NCBI RefSeq assembly: GCF_009914755.1
Contig: NC_060927.1
Direction: 5' to 3' (one strand)
From: the human T2T-CHM13v2.0 reference genome, Homo sapiens
DNA: 64,000 nucleotides
Under the pieces are notes generated by a model. The model did not search any database. It was not told where the DNA came from and saw nothing but the letters and a program-made list of their open reading frames with translations. Position 1 is the stretch's first letter. Each line of letters opens with the position of its first letter. This document shows positions 1-17,070 of the stretch, piece by piece. The translations under genes and the position numbers were made by a program.

Positions 1-1147
1 GCAAATCTCTTTCCAGAGTCTGTCTAAACGGAAAGTTTTTTTTGATCTATAGCCCAGACACAGGTAGGATCTGTATTTCCAACATCTAGTGTGGGCTGCC
101 TCCCTGTTGACATTAATCTTCCACCTTTGCTGGGTCTAGACAATAGGGGTTGGAGAGCGTTAATCTAAAGATTCACCAGACACCAAGCCATAAATCTGCC
201 TGGGGGTAGACAGACTTGTGGCATTTTCTATTTGCTCCTAAGAAGACTCTAGGCTCTGTTTGGTCCTCCATTGCCTCTGCCCTGAGAAATTGAATTACTC
301 ACAACATCAAAATTCAGTTCCTCCAGAGCATCTCACACTCATCAAAGCTGAGAAGAACAAGGCACCATCCATTTGCTTCAGGAATTAAGTTAGAAAATCC
401 AAGGGGAGACATTGGAAAGATACAATATATTTAGTTGTTGTGAGACATTTTGTTTCCCAACAGAATAAAGCAAAGGAGATATTTCTCATTATATAGTCAT
501 GTTTCCTAGTGAGCATCACCAAGATTTTTCTGATTGCCATATCTACTTTTTCTTATCTGGGTTAGGGTGAAAGTTCCCAGTTAAGACCAAAACTATAAGG
601 TGTTCACAAGAGAATACTACCAGTAAGCTGGATATTTGCTGTACATTTTCATGAAACCCAAATATTAAAAAGCAAATCTGAAAAGTGTGCCTAATGATAG
701 ATTAGGCAATTGTGTCTGCAAAACCAAAGGCGTCGTTATATCTTGTCTCCATGTACAACTGACAAATGACTTCCCTTTAGGAGTTACTTTGAATTTTTGT
801 TTTGACTTTTGCTTCCCCTGAGATTAACTGGACTGTCAATGTGTGTGGGTATATGCTTAAAGATTATTCTCTGTGTGCACACGCATGTGCCTGTGCCTCC
901 CTCTGTGTGTACCTATTTTAGGGTACTCATCCTATGGACAAGCCGACTACTTGAGATATCTTCCAGTACAAGAACTCCATAATTATTACGCAACTCCATG
1001 TACCAATTAAAGAAATGTTTTCATGCACATCTCCAGATTGAGCTTTGGCTCCATTATATTCCTGGGATCATTCATATGCTGACATCACTTACAGTAGACA
1101 CCCCAGTGTGTGCAGAAAGATAAGCTTCATTTCATGTGTCAAGAATG

Positions 1148-1560
1148 AGATAGACTGGATAAAGAAAATGTGGTACATATACACTATGGAATACTATGTA
1201 GCCATAAAAATGAATGAGATCACGTCCTTTGCAGAGACAGGGATGGAACTGGAAGCAGTTATCCTTAGCAAACTAGAGCAGGAACAGAAAACCAAACACT
1301 GAATGTTCTTATTTATAAGTGGGAGCTGAATAATGAGAACACATGGACACATAGGGGGAACAACACACACTGGGGCCTGTCAGTGTGGTGTGGGGGGATG
1401 GAGGGCATCAAGAAGAATAGCTAATGGATGCTGGGGTTAATACCTAAGTCATGGGTTCATTTGTGTAGCAAACCACCATGGCACCCATTTACCTATGTAA
1501 CAAACATGCACATCCTGCACATGTACCCTGGAATTTAAAAGTTCAAGAAGAAAAATAAAA
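1148..1560 (+). mobile_element. 5'-truncated older LINE-1 3' end (L1PA11-13-like)
   Basis: Encodes ORF2 C-terminal remnant DWIKKMWYIYTMEYY...KTKH; 3'UTR gcatcaagaagaatagctaatggatgctgg...catgtaccctggaatttaaaa followed by A-rich tail. Confidence 0.93.
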
Positions 1561-1574
1561 ACAGATTGAGTTGG

Positions 1575-2596
1575 GAGCAGTTCCAAAATAGCCGAATAGG
1601 AACTGCTGCAGTCTACAGCTCCCAGCGTGAGCCATGCAGAAGATGAATGATTTCTGCATTTCCAACTGAGGTACCCGGTTCATCTTACTGGGGATTGTCG
1701 GACACTGGGTGCAGGACAGTGGGTGCAGCACATCAAGCATGAGCCGAAGCAGGGAGAGGCATTGCCTCCCCTGGGAAGCACAGGGGGTCAGGGAATTCCC
1801 TTTCCTAGACAAGGAAAGGGGTGACAGATGGCACCTGGAAAATCAGGACACTCACACCCTAATAATGCGCTTTTCCGACGGTCTTAGCAAACGGCACACC
1901 AGGAGATTATATCCCGCACATGGCTCGAAGGGCCCTATGCCCACGGAGCCTCACTCATTGCTAGCACAGCAGTCTGAGATCAAACTGCAAGGCAGCAGCG
2001 AAGCTGGGGGAGGGGTGCCCGCCATTGCTGAGACTTGAGCAGGTAAAGCGGCCGGGAAGCTCGAACTGGGTGGAGCCCACCGCAGCTCAAGGAGGCCTGC
2101 CTGCCTTTGTAGACTCCACCTCTGGGGGCAGGGCATAGCCAAACAAAGGTCAGCAGAAACCTCTGCAGACTTAAATGTCCCTGTCCAACAGCTTTGAAGA
2201 GAGTAGTGCTTTGCCCAGCACGCAGCTGGAGATCTGAGAACGGACAGACTGCCTCCTCAAGTGGGTCGCTGATCCCCGAGTAGCCTAACTGTGAGGCATC
2301 CCCCAGTAGGGGCAGACTGACACCTCACACGGCAAGGTACTCCTCTGAGACAAAACTTCCAGAGGAATGATCAGGCAACAACATTTGCTGTTCACCAATA
2401 TTCACTGTTCTGCAGCCTCCACTGCTGATACCCAGGAAAACAGGGTCTGGAGTGGACCTCCGGAAAACTCCAACAGACCTGCAACTGAGGGTCCTGACTG
2501 TTAGAAGGAAAACTAACAAACAGAAAGGACATCCACACCAAAACCCCATCTGTACATCACCATCATCAAAGACCAAAGGTAGATAAAACCACAAAC
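1575..2596 (+). promoter_or_regulatory. L1 5'UTR internal sense/antisense promoter (long ~1.02-kb pre-L1PA3 form)
   Basis: Starts ...ttccaaaatagccgaataggaac (degenerate YY1 region), relatively CpG-rich, 1022 nt to the ORF1 ATG at 2597. Confidence 0.8.
1951..2025 (-). pseudogene. L1 ORF0 remnant truncated after 24 codons
   Basis: Antisense MAGTPPPASLLPCSLISDCCASNE* matches the N-terminus of primate L1 ORF0 (MAGAPPPASLPPCSLISDCCASN...); premature TGA, probably CGA>TGA. Confidence 0.8.
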
Positions 2597-3613
2597 ATGG
2601 GGAAAAAACAGAGCAGAAAAACTGAAAATTCTAAAAATCAGAGCACCTCTCCTCCTCCAAAGGAACGCAGCTCCTCACCAGCAATGGAACAAAGCTGGAC
2701 AGAGAATGACTTTGATGAGTTGAGAGAAGAAGGCTTCAGATGATCAAACTTCTCTGAGCTAAAGGAGGAAGTTTGAACCCATGGCAAAGAAGTTAAAAAC
2801 CTTGAAAAAAGATTAGATGAATGGCTAACTAGAATAATCAATGCAGAGAAGTCCCTAAAGGACCTGATGGAGCTGAAAACGATGGCACGAGAACTACGTG
2901 ACAAATGCACAAGCTTCAGTAGCCAATTTGATCAACTGGAAGAAAGGTTATCAGTGATGGAAGATCAAATGAATGAAATGAAGCGAGAAGAGAAGTTTAG
3001 AGAAAAAAGAATAAAAAGAAATGAACAAAGCCTCCAAGAAATATGGGACTATGTGAAAAGACCAAATCTACGTCTGATTGGTGTACCTGAAAGTGATGGG
3101 GAGAATGGAACCAAGTTGGAAAACACTCTGCAGGATATTATCCAGGAGAACTTCCCCAAACTAGCAAGGCAGGCCAACTTTCAAATTCAGGAAATACAGA
3201 CAATGCCACAAAGATACTCCTCAAGAAGAACAACTCCAAAACACATAATTGTCAGATTCACGAAAGTTGAAATGAAGGAAAAAATGTTAAGGGCAGCCAA
3301 AGAGAAAGGCCGCGTTACCCACAAAGGGAAGCCCATCAGACTAACAGCTGATCTCTCGGCAGAAACTCTACAAGCCAGAAGAGAGTGGGGGCCAATATTC
3401 AACATTCTTAAAGAAAAGAATTTTCAACCCAGAATTTCATATCCAGCCAATCTAAGCTTCATAAGTGAAGGAGAAATAAGATCCTTTATAGACAAGCAAA
3501 TGCTAATAGATTCTGTCACCACCAGGCCTGCCCTAAAAGAGCTCCTGAAGGAAGCACTAAACATGGAAAGGAACAACCAGTACCAGCCACTGCAAAAACA
3601 TGCCAAATTGTAA
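2597..3613 (+). pseudogene. L1 ORF1p, disabled
   Basis: ATG GGG AAA AAA CAG at 2597; 1017 nt = 338 codons + stop with no frameshift; two in-frame TGA at 2741 and 2774; 248-aa C-terminal ORF 2867-3613 open. Confidence 0.95.
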
Positions 3614-3676
3614 AGACCATTGGGGCTAGGAAGCGACTGCATCAACTAATGAGCAAAATAACTAGCTAACATCATA

Positions 3677-7682
<4,006 letters not shown>

Positions 7683-9558
7683 ACAATGAGAACACATGGA
7701 CACAGGAAGGGGAACATCATACTCCGGGGCCTGTTGTGGGGTGTGGGGAGAGGGGAGGGATAGCATTAGGAGATATACGTAATGTAAATGACGAGTTAAT
7801 AGGTGCAGCACACCAACATGGCACATGTATATATATGTAACAAACCTGCACACGTTGTGCACATGTACCCTAAAACTTAAAGTATAATAATAATAAAAAA
7901 AAGAAAAAAAAACAGATTGAGTTGGTAGTGGATTCCTAGAGCTCTGTGTTTAGAAGGCTATCTTTTTCCTTAACAGGAAAGAGTGCCAAAATCATCAGGT
8001 CTTATTTCTACAGGAACAGGAACTTGAACAAAGACACAAGTTACCTTTCTCCAATCTGTTCCTTCATGTGTTTTCTATTGACAGGCTTCATCTTGAACAC
8101 ATACTTCACTCCATCACTTGCTAGACTCTCTTAACCAAATATTTTGCTGCCATTTTTTTCAGCTTACCTCTACATGAGGGGCTAGACCATGGAGTGTCCC
8201 TTCAACCTCAACTGACCTGTGATATGGCTCATGATACGGCTTATTCGTTATGTTCCAGTTTCCAGGCTAATTCTGTAAGTACTTTGTTTTAGAGTAAGAC
8301 TAAGTGAGAATGTCATAATGAATTATGCTTTTGGAATAATATGTTTACATTTTAACTCAAGTTGTGGCCTTTAAGAGGCATGATGAATAAACTTTCTCAC
8401 ACACATCTGCACTCACTGACTTTGGTGGCTTATTGCATCATACGCAAATGGCCAGGCCCACTTTATGATCTCAGCTCAGGAATGGCATGCTTACTTTCTG
8501 TGCTCATGAAAACAATCATCAAAAAGTCTGGTTACCTCAAGATTAAGGTGCTACAAAAAAATGAGCTATCAACCTGTGCACAGAATGGGCCAGCATCTTG
8601 TGAGCATACAAAAGAGATCTGGGTTGCAATTTCTACCATAGTACAATTTGCCCATTTAAACTAGCTCAACGTTCCCCATTAATTACTCATGGACATTTCA
8701 GCTCTTTTGAAAATTAGTAACAAAGAAACACAGCTTAAGAAATAAACTACCTATACAAAAATAACGTAGGAGGAAAGAGAGAGTCACATGTGGCAAATAA
8801 ACATTTGTAATCGGTACTATAAATCATGAAACAGATTAATTATCCAGAAACATACAAAATCATCCTCTAAATTGTTCTCCTAATGTACCAGCTCTCCACT
8901 GACTCATTACTAAATTATTTGCTAGTGAATGAATTTTCTTTTCTTCAAACGCTTTTTGAGCTGGGAGAAGTTGGCACAGACAAAATGCTTTCTGCCAGGG
9001 GTGAGGTTATATCCCCACAACCCTGAATCAACTGGTTATAAAAATCAAAGAATTCTGCTGAACCACAAGGAAGTTTTCTCTTGTGGTTATCGGCCATTTA
9101 TTTTGCCACATCTTCATTACCATTCTGAAATAAAATTCACAGATAATATAACCTACTGACATGTAATTTAAATAAACAAACATTTTCCTTCCTAATATAT
9201 AGGAAGGAAAAAAGAAAGTCACTTATTATAATATGCATTTAATATTTGCATGTTTGGGCTCTAAACTGGAAATCGTAATAAAGCAGTCAGATGATTTCAT
9301 CTGTAACAGAAAAACAAAAGCTACAGATATTCTCCAATCCTTGGAGCAACCAAAATTGCATCCATGTATTTGCTATACAACTCCTAGAGAGAGGTGATTT
9401 CACTGAGACCCACAATTTCCACAACACTAAATGGTTGGTTTGATAGCCTCTTTTTGATATATATTTTTTTCAGGCTGAATTCATTATTGGTCTGACTAGT
9501 GGTGTCATAGCCATTGATGAGACCTTGAGACCACACACCCTAAGTTTTTACATCTCTG

Positions 9559-9858
9559 TTTTTATTTTTACTTTTTAGAACTAGCATCTTGCTCTGTCAC
9601 CCAGGCTGGAGTTCAGCAGCGTGATATGGCTCACTGCAGCTTCAAACTCCTGGCTTCAAGCAATTCTCCCATCTCAGCCTCCCAAGTAGCCAGGACTACA
9701 GGCATGTGCCACCATACTTACCTAATTTTTTAAATTTTTACGGAAATAGAGTCTCACTTTGTTGCCCAGGCTGGTCTCAAACTCCTGGCCTCAAGCGATC
9801 CTCCGACCTCAGCCTCCCGAAGCGCTGTGATTACAGACATAAGCCACTGTGCCTAGCC
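9559..9858 (-). mobile_element. AluJ
   Basis: Dimeric Alu with J-type residues (actcctggcctcaagcgatcctcc); TSD-like ca(t/c)ctctgttt on both flanks. Confidence 0.92.
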
Positions 9859-10559
9859 TCACCTCTGTTTCTAAGTATAATTCTCTGAAAGTCCAATTCT
9901 AATGAAATAAACATAGAAACCTGCCAGTCCCATGGCCTGCCACATGACTGTACCTTTAGAGAAAAATGGCAAAAATTTAAGGAAAAAAACTGCCCACTCC
10001 ACACACATACTGAGATTTGTCTTTTAGGCAGAAGTTATAAGGTTTTCTCTACTCCCCTTGAGATGGGGTGCTGAAACTCCAAAAGACATTTACCTTGTGA
10101 TATCTGAATCAGGAGAGCAGCTTGCTCGTGTCCACACATGATCAGTATCATTCTTGAGCTTCCACGCTGGATTCCGTTTCTCACCGGGGAGAAAAGTAAA
10201 CTTCTCCTTATCTGGCCTGTGAAATGGGAACCCGAGGTGGGGGAATGCCCTCACCTGTTGTGAAAGGGGATGAGTAAGTTCTCTTTTTTACTGCTTAATG
10301 CTTCTAAGAGAAAGAGGCATACATTTATTCCCTCTGGGTTGTCCTTCTTAAGTTACCCTGGAACAAAAGTCAGTTTGAATTTCTCTTCTGGTGAATCACA
10401 GAGATAAAACGAAAACAGTGAAAGCAGTTCAAAACGTCAACAGTATGCTTCCCCCTTAGCTGTAGACCTGTGATGAGATATCATAATTGCTATCGGTATC
10501 ATTGATGTTTTGCATTCCTATACCATTGTAGAATTGTCATTGTACATTCTATACACACG

Positions 10560-10745
10560 ATCCTACTTGATCCTTTACAGCAAGGGAAATAAAAAAGTCA
10601 GTGTTATTAACATCATTTTAAAGATGATGACACTGAGGCTGAGAGAAAGGAAATTTGTCTAAATTCCCATGGTTAACAAGTGGCAGTTCAAAGAGAAGGA
10701 TTCATGTATTGGGCTAAGAATACCTTGCTCTTGTTATTCCACCGC
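10560..10745 (-). mobile_element. MIR fragment
   Basis: Core cattttaaagatgatgacactgaggctgagaga. Confidence 0.7.
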
Positions 10746-10913
10746 TGATTTACCAGAAGATACCCCTTTGCCCCTTGGATAATTTGCCCCCTGAAGACAA
10801 TAGATCATTTCCGTGATTGGCCCTCAAGTAGGCAATGGCTAAAAATAATATCGTAAACCAAGTTCTATACTTTCGATATTGGGAGAACAGGACAAGGACA
10901 CACATGGGTAATG

Positions 10914-11093
10914 TCAAGACCCAAGTTCACACAAAGCATATTTCAAGAGAATTAGTCACTGTCTCAAAGTGTTGCCTGCGTTAGAAAAATTACTGTCTCT
11001 AGTTCAAGACCCAAGTTCACACAAAGCATATTTCAAGAGAATTAGTCACTGTCTCAAAGTGTTGCCTGCGTTAGAAAAATTATTGTCTCTAGT
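10914..11093. repeat. Tandem duplication, 2 x 90 bp
   Basis: 10914-11003 equals 11004-11093 except tactg/tattg. Confidence 0.97.
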
Positions 11094-11099
11094 TTTTAG

Positions 11100-11450
11100 A
11101 CTCCACCATCTTCAATGTAGGAGTTTTACTCCAGGATAACTCTCCTCATGGTCACAAGATGGCTGCCCAAACAGCTCCAGGATTCCTACGGGGATGAAAC
11201 AAGTTGTGGCAAGAAAGAGACAATCTATTCCTGAGTTTAAGAGTGAAGTAGAATTTTCTTCTGGAAAAATTGTAAGAAGTCCCCCAGCCAGTCACACTAT
11301 TTTCATCGGCCACAGCTAGGCCTTATGCCCACCCTTAAAATAATTTACTAGCAAGAGGAATTACTCAGTTGGCTGAAACACATCAAACTAACCCTTTGGC
11401 TGGAGAGAGGGTCCTCTTCACTGAATGGAGATAGGAAGATATCTGGGGGG
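11100..11450 (-). mobile_element. Ancient ERVL-type LTR fragment (LTR33-like)
   Basis: cctcatggtcacaagatggctgcc motif and ...ccttatgcccacccttaa... resemble LTR33-type consensus. Confidence 0.5.
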
Positions 11451-11477
11451 GAAATGGCATTTTATTGAAAAGAAAAG

Positions 11478-11766
11478 GGCAGGCATGGTGGCTTACACCC
11501 ATAATCCCAGCACTTTGGGAGGCTGAGGCAGGCAGATCATGAGGTCAGGAGTTCGAGACCAGCCTGGCCAATATGGTGACACCCTGTCTCTACCAAAAAT
11601 GCAAACATTAGCCGGGTGTGGTGGTGGGTGCTTGTAGTCCCAGCTACTCAGGAGGCTGAGGCAGAAGAATCACTTGAACGCAGGAGGTGGAGGTTGCAGT
11701 CAGCCAAGCTCATGCCACTGCACTCCAGCCTGGGCAACAGAGCCAGACTCTGTCTCAAAAAAAAAA
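11478..11766 (+). mobile_element. AluS (Sg-like)
   Basis: Full dimer, gatcatgaggtcaggagttcgag, A-tail. Confidence 0.93.
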
Positions 11767-11780
11767 GGAAAAGGAAAATG

Positions 11781-11799
11781 ACACACACACACACACACA
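11781..11799. repeat. (AC)n microsatellite
   Basis: acacacacacacacacaca. Confidence 0.9.
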
Positions 11800-12279
11800 A
11801 CCTCTCTTTCCCTCTGTGCGAAGGGAGAATGCAATGTTGTCTACCACATAAGTTTCTACAACCTACCAAGAAATTTCCATTTTCTAAATTTCCTTCTTTT
11901 GAGGATCCTTCGAGCACTTCTTTCACACTTCGTACCTTCCAGTTAGTGCTGTTTTTTTTTGCTTCTTTCCTAAGCTGCATTCTCTCCTAGTTTTGTTGTT
12001 GGTACAGAACTGTCTGTCCGATTGCCTCTTCTCTGAGGCTGCCAAGCCATGGGATTGGGCAAGTTTCTAAGCTTGGCCCTTTAGAATTGGATTTTTAGAA
12101 AATCATACTTAAAAACAGAGATGAGAAATCTTAAAGTGTGTGGTCTCAAGGTTTCATCAATGGCTATGACACTACTAGCCAGTCCAATAATGAATCAAGC
12201 CAAGAGACAATATCAATATACAGTGTATTTAAAATGTTCACTCAGTTGGTGAATCATTATTGATAACACATTTTAAAGC

Positions 12280-12527
12280 CATTTTTTACTGAGTGTTTAC
12301 CAGGTGCCAGGTGTTGTGCTAAGTGCTCTGCATGCATGACTTACATCACTGTCACATTTCCCTCAGAGGAAGGTAATATTTTCCTCATTCTTCCTTGACA
12401 TATGAAGAAACTGAGCCTCAGAGAAGTGAAGAGACTTACCTTCTCAAGGTCTCACAGCTAAAAGTGGCGGAACAGGTCCTTGAACCCATGCTTCCCTGCC
12501 TCCACAATCCACACTCTTAATCACTAT
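12280..12527 (-). mobile_element. MIR
   Basis: atgaagaaactgagcctcagagaagtgaa...aaggtctcacagcta...tgaaccc. Confidence 0.85.
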
Positions 12528-12900
12528 TTTATGTTTTCTTCCAGATGTTCAGAAGCCTAGTGAATGAGTCAATGCAATGATTAATCAGCTTCCATGTTCA
12601 GAATTACTGATAGCTCTGGCCTTCCTAATAGCTCAGTGAGTATGAACGTTATGATATTCTACCCTCACAGAGTTCCTGAGTACTGAGAGTGGGCTGGCCT
12701 ACAATTTTTAATAAAACAAGAGTCTTCAGATTCCTAGCCAGTGCGCTCACCTGTAGATCATGAAATGCCTTACTCAGGACATGAACCACTCTTCCATCAA
12801 GTTCCGGGGTTCTTACCATCATCATCTCAGAACCTCTTCATACCTCCCTGGTAAATATTAGGTAACGATGTTAACCTTGATAGGAAGAAGCAAACCTGGT

Positions 12901-13190
12901 GGGTCACGGTGGCTCATGCCTGTAATCCCAGCACTTTGGGAGGCTGAGGCAGGCATATTGCTTGAGTCCAGGAGTTCAAGACCAGCCTGGGCAACATGGT
13001 GAAACCCTGTCTCAACAACAACAACAAAAAAATTGCCTGGCATGGTGGTACATGCCTGCAGGCCCAGCTACTTGGGAGACTGAGGTGGGAGGATCCCTTG
13101 AACCCAGGAGGCAGAGGTTGCAGTGAGCCAGGATCGCACCACTATACTCCAGCCTGGGTGACAGAGTGAGATCCTGTCTCAAAACAAAGA
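12901..13190 (+). mobile_element. AluJ (Jb-like)
   Basis: Full dimer; TSD aagaagcaaac(c/t)tg on both sides. Confidence 0.92.
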
Positions 13191-13636
13191 AAGAAGCAAA
13201 CTTGATAAGGGAGAAGTGTGGTGGTTTTTTCATGCCAACAATATAAGTTAGAGGTAATGAATAGGTACCATAGCCATAAAAGGTATCCAAATGCCCCCTC
13301 CAAACCCTGGTTATAGAAGCCTTTCTTATAATTCCTGCTTGCTTGGAGAAGAGATCAGTAAAGTATCTGGTTATGCTCTGTCCACAGGACAAGATTGCTG
13401 ATGCCACATCTTTTCCCCAATCATTCAAAAGAGCATCTTTGTCAGCCTGTCAGCCCTACTGAATCAAAGTGATGCTGGGGAAAGGACAGAGCAAAGTCAG
13501 GAGAGAAAAACCATATATAACAACTGCTCTGAACACGACCTGTAGTCCAATAACAAATGTCCTAATTTCAGAGTGCTAAGGAAACAGTGTCCTCACTGGT
13601 GGGTGAAGTTCCGCTTCTCTGCAGGAGGAGGACCCA

Positions 13637-13881
13637 GCCCCCCTCTCCAACCCTGTTCCATTCTTCCACTCCTCCTTCCCTCTGTTGGCTCTAGCTATGT
13701 TGACCTCCTTCAATTCCTGGAATATTCCTGGCTCTCTCCCGGTTCTCACCAGGGCAATGCACATGGCATTTCCTCTGTCTGAGATGTCCTTCCCTACTCT
13801 CTTCTAGGCATTTTCTACTCTTTCCTTTTTCCTTTTCTATCCTGAATTCCTAGAAAAGTACCCAGGGTATAGAAGATGCTC
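13637..13881 (+). repeat. 245-bp direct copy of 15509-15753 (L2-derived sequence)
   Basis: Ungapped alignment at offset 1872 with 5 mismatches. Confidence 0.96.
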
Positions 13882-14269
13882 TGCAGAAAGGAGGATACTT
13901 TTCCTTTCTAAGTATCTACTAGATACTTTCCAAAGGGTTAATCAGCTTTAACATGGGGTGATGCCACTGTGCTGGTCTAAAATGTGTGATTTGCAGATGG
14001 AGGTTGGTGGGATCAACCACAAAGTCTGTCATCAAATGAAACACAAATGTGTTCACCTCTGGTCACTGGTTCAGGTTCTGGGCAGTCTGTCCCTTTGGCT
14101 GGAGGTAGAAGAACACTTTGGTAACTGTTGTGAGTGTGGCGGTGCAAGCTGAATAAGTTGATGTCCCCTTGGACTTCTATTTGAGATTTCTCCTCTGGTA
14201 TTTTTATGGTACAGGTTTTGGGCAGTTGAATGAGAGTATGTAGGGACTGATCTTAGAAAACCAATGTAA

Positions 14270-14664
<395 letters not shown>

Positions 14665-14870
14665 CTATACCTCTGCCAGCAATCTTTCACACATGCAGCA
14701 GCTGAATTGTCACTTCTTCAAAGACAGCTCCTTGACCATAAATCTGAAGGAACCATCCAGCATTATATTCTTCTGAATGCTGATCTCCAAGTGATCTTTC
14801 CCTTCCATTGTTTATTACCTGTTTCTCCCAAATAGAACATAAATTTTTTGAGAACTGGAACCTGACCTGT

Positions 14871-15310
14871 TATACCAGTTAAGATGAGCTTCCTCTGCTG
14901 GTCATGGAAAATCTAAACTAACAGTGACTTAAGATTAAAACTTCTTTCTTTCTTTCATCCAGAGGTAAGCAGTCCAGGGCTGGTAAGGTGGCTCCAAGAT
15001 CTCTAAAGGGCTCAGGCTCTCTCTCTCTTTTTTATTCTCTTTCCTACAAGGCTTTTATCTCCAGGCCCAGTCATGGCATCTCTTTTCCAACCAGGAGGAA
15101 GGAAGACTAGGTAAAAAGAGGCAAGGCCCTCTGTCCTTTAAATATTATTCTGCTTACATCTTATTAGCTTAACCTAGTCACATGGTCATGCCTTCTGCAA
15201 GGGAGGCTGGGAAATGTGGCTTATATTTCTGCACAGGCCCAGACAAAAAGCAGGGGTTTTATTATTGCAGAAGTAGGGGAAAACTGATACCAGAAAGCAG
15301 TTAATCTCAG
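14871..15310 (-). mobile_element. Ancient LTR (LTR33-like)
   Basis: gaggtaagcagtccagggctggt and ctagtcacatggtcatgccttctgcaagggaggctgggaaatg. Confidence 0.65.
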
Positions 15311-15319
15311 AAACTTATG

Positions 15320-16070
15320 TTGTATTTGCTGCTCTATACCCACTACCTGATCAATCTTTGACATAAAGGTCCCCAAAATATCTGTTAAATGAAAATGAGT
15401 GAATGAATGCTGTTCTTTGGCTTATATTCTCTAACCACTCCTAATGTTTGTAGAATTAAGATCCAAATCTTTAATGCAAACTACAAAGCCCTGCGTGATG
15501 TGAATCTTGCCCCCCTCTCCAGCCCTGTTCCATTCTTCCACTCCTCCTTCCCTCTCTTGGCTCTAGCTATGTTGACTTCCTTCAATTCCTGGAATATTCC
15601 TGGCTCTCTCCCAGTTCTCACCAGGGCAACGCACATGGCATTTCCTCTGTCTGAGATGTCCTTCCCTACTCTCTTCTAGGCATTTTCTACTCTTTCCTTT
15701 TTCCTTTTCTATCCTGAATTCCTAGAAAAGTACCCAGGGTATAGAAGATGCTCAATAATTACCTCTTGACTGACTTAACCTCAACATGTACTTCCTCAGG
15801 GAGGGTTTCCTAACTCTGTAGACCGAGTTGAGTTCCATATCGTATAACCCCATAGCATCCTGGACTTTTCCTTTGTGAGACTCTGTACTCTTAAGATTAT
15901 TTACTTAGTTATTTAGAATTATTTTTGCAGGATGTCAGCCATCCTCACTAGATGAAGATTATGGAGGGGAAGGATTATGTAACTGCCATTCTCTGCTAAA
16001 TCCCCAGAGCCTAGCAAAGTATATGGCACACAGTAGGTGCTTCATAAGTACCTGTTGTCTATGAACGAAT
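15320..16070 (+). mobile_element. LINE-2 fragments
   Basis: L2 3' motifs ccagagcctagcaaagtatatggcacacagtaggtgcttcataa and tgttaaatgaaaatgagtgaatgaatg. Confidence 0.75.
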
Positions 16071-16309
16071 GTCTACCTTGTGTAAAACTGCTATATGACA
16101 TCTTGGTGAGTTGATTCAAACAAGCATTCCTTGTTTTCATGGAGTTTATAAGAGAGACACATGACCATAAATATACATTCAGGAAAATTCTGTACAATTA
16201 CATTTAATTGAATTAAACAGGCATTTCATGAGTACCTGCTTTGTGCCAAATAATTAAAAGTATTGACCCTCAGGGAGTTTACAGTGTAATGAGGAGTATA
16301 AATTGCTAA

Positions 16310-16745
16310 TCACCCTGCAATAACTGTTTCCCATTTTTCTCTTTAATAGAATCTCCACCACCAACTCAAGTATTAGTGAAGAACACGGCTGCCTTGCTGA
16401 GGTCTAGTGTTTCCAACCTCCCTTTTAATCAGGTATAAATATGTGACCAAATCTGGCCAATAGGATGTGAGCAGAGATGATACCTGCAACTTCTAGATCA
16501 TGATCTTGTGAAGGAAGCTGCTTGCACTCCCCCCATTATCCTTTCCTCCCTTCCCAGTGGCTGGGATATGACAGTAACTCTAGCCATTTTCTTGTGCCCA
16601 GAGATGGAAGCCACACATTTAGGATGGCACAACTACTCTGGACTATTCATCCTTGGACTGTTCTATGAGGGAGAAACAAAACTTCCATCTTATTTAAGCC
16701 ACTATATTTTGGGGTCTCTGTTATTGTAACCTAACTTATATCCAA
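16310..16745 (+). mobile_element. Ancient LTR (LTR33-like)
   Basis: atgtgaccaaatctggccaataggatgtgagcag ... gagaaacaaaacttccatcttatttaagccact. Confidence 0.65.
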
Positions 16746-16756
16746 ATAGAGGGGGT

Positions 16757-17070
16757 AGCCAGGTATAATGGCTTACACCTGTAATCACAGTGCTTTGGGA
16801 GGCTGAGGCAGGAGGATGGCTTGAGGCCAGAAGTTTGAGATCAGCCTGGGTAACACAGCGAGACTTTGTCTCTACAAAAAATAAAAACAACAAAATATTA
16901 GGGCGTGGTAACACATGCCTGTAGTCCTAGTAATTCAGGAGGCTGAAGTGAGAGGATCACTTGATCCCAGGAGTTTGAGGCTGCAGTGAGCTATGACTGT
17001 GCTGCCGCACTCCAGGTTGGGCAACAGAGAGAGACCCTGCCACTGAGAAAAACAAAAACAAAAAAATAAA
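16757..17070 (+). mobile_element. AluJ
   Basis: Dimer with gaggctgcagtgagctatga; TSD aaatagagg(g/a)gg. Confidence 0.92.

Noticed and set aside
10914-11093. Repeat array resembling CRISPR
   Set aside because: Two abutting 90-bp units, no spacers, eukaryotic context
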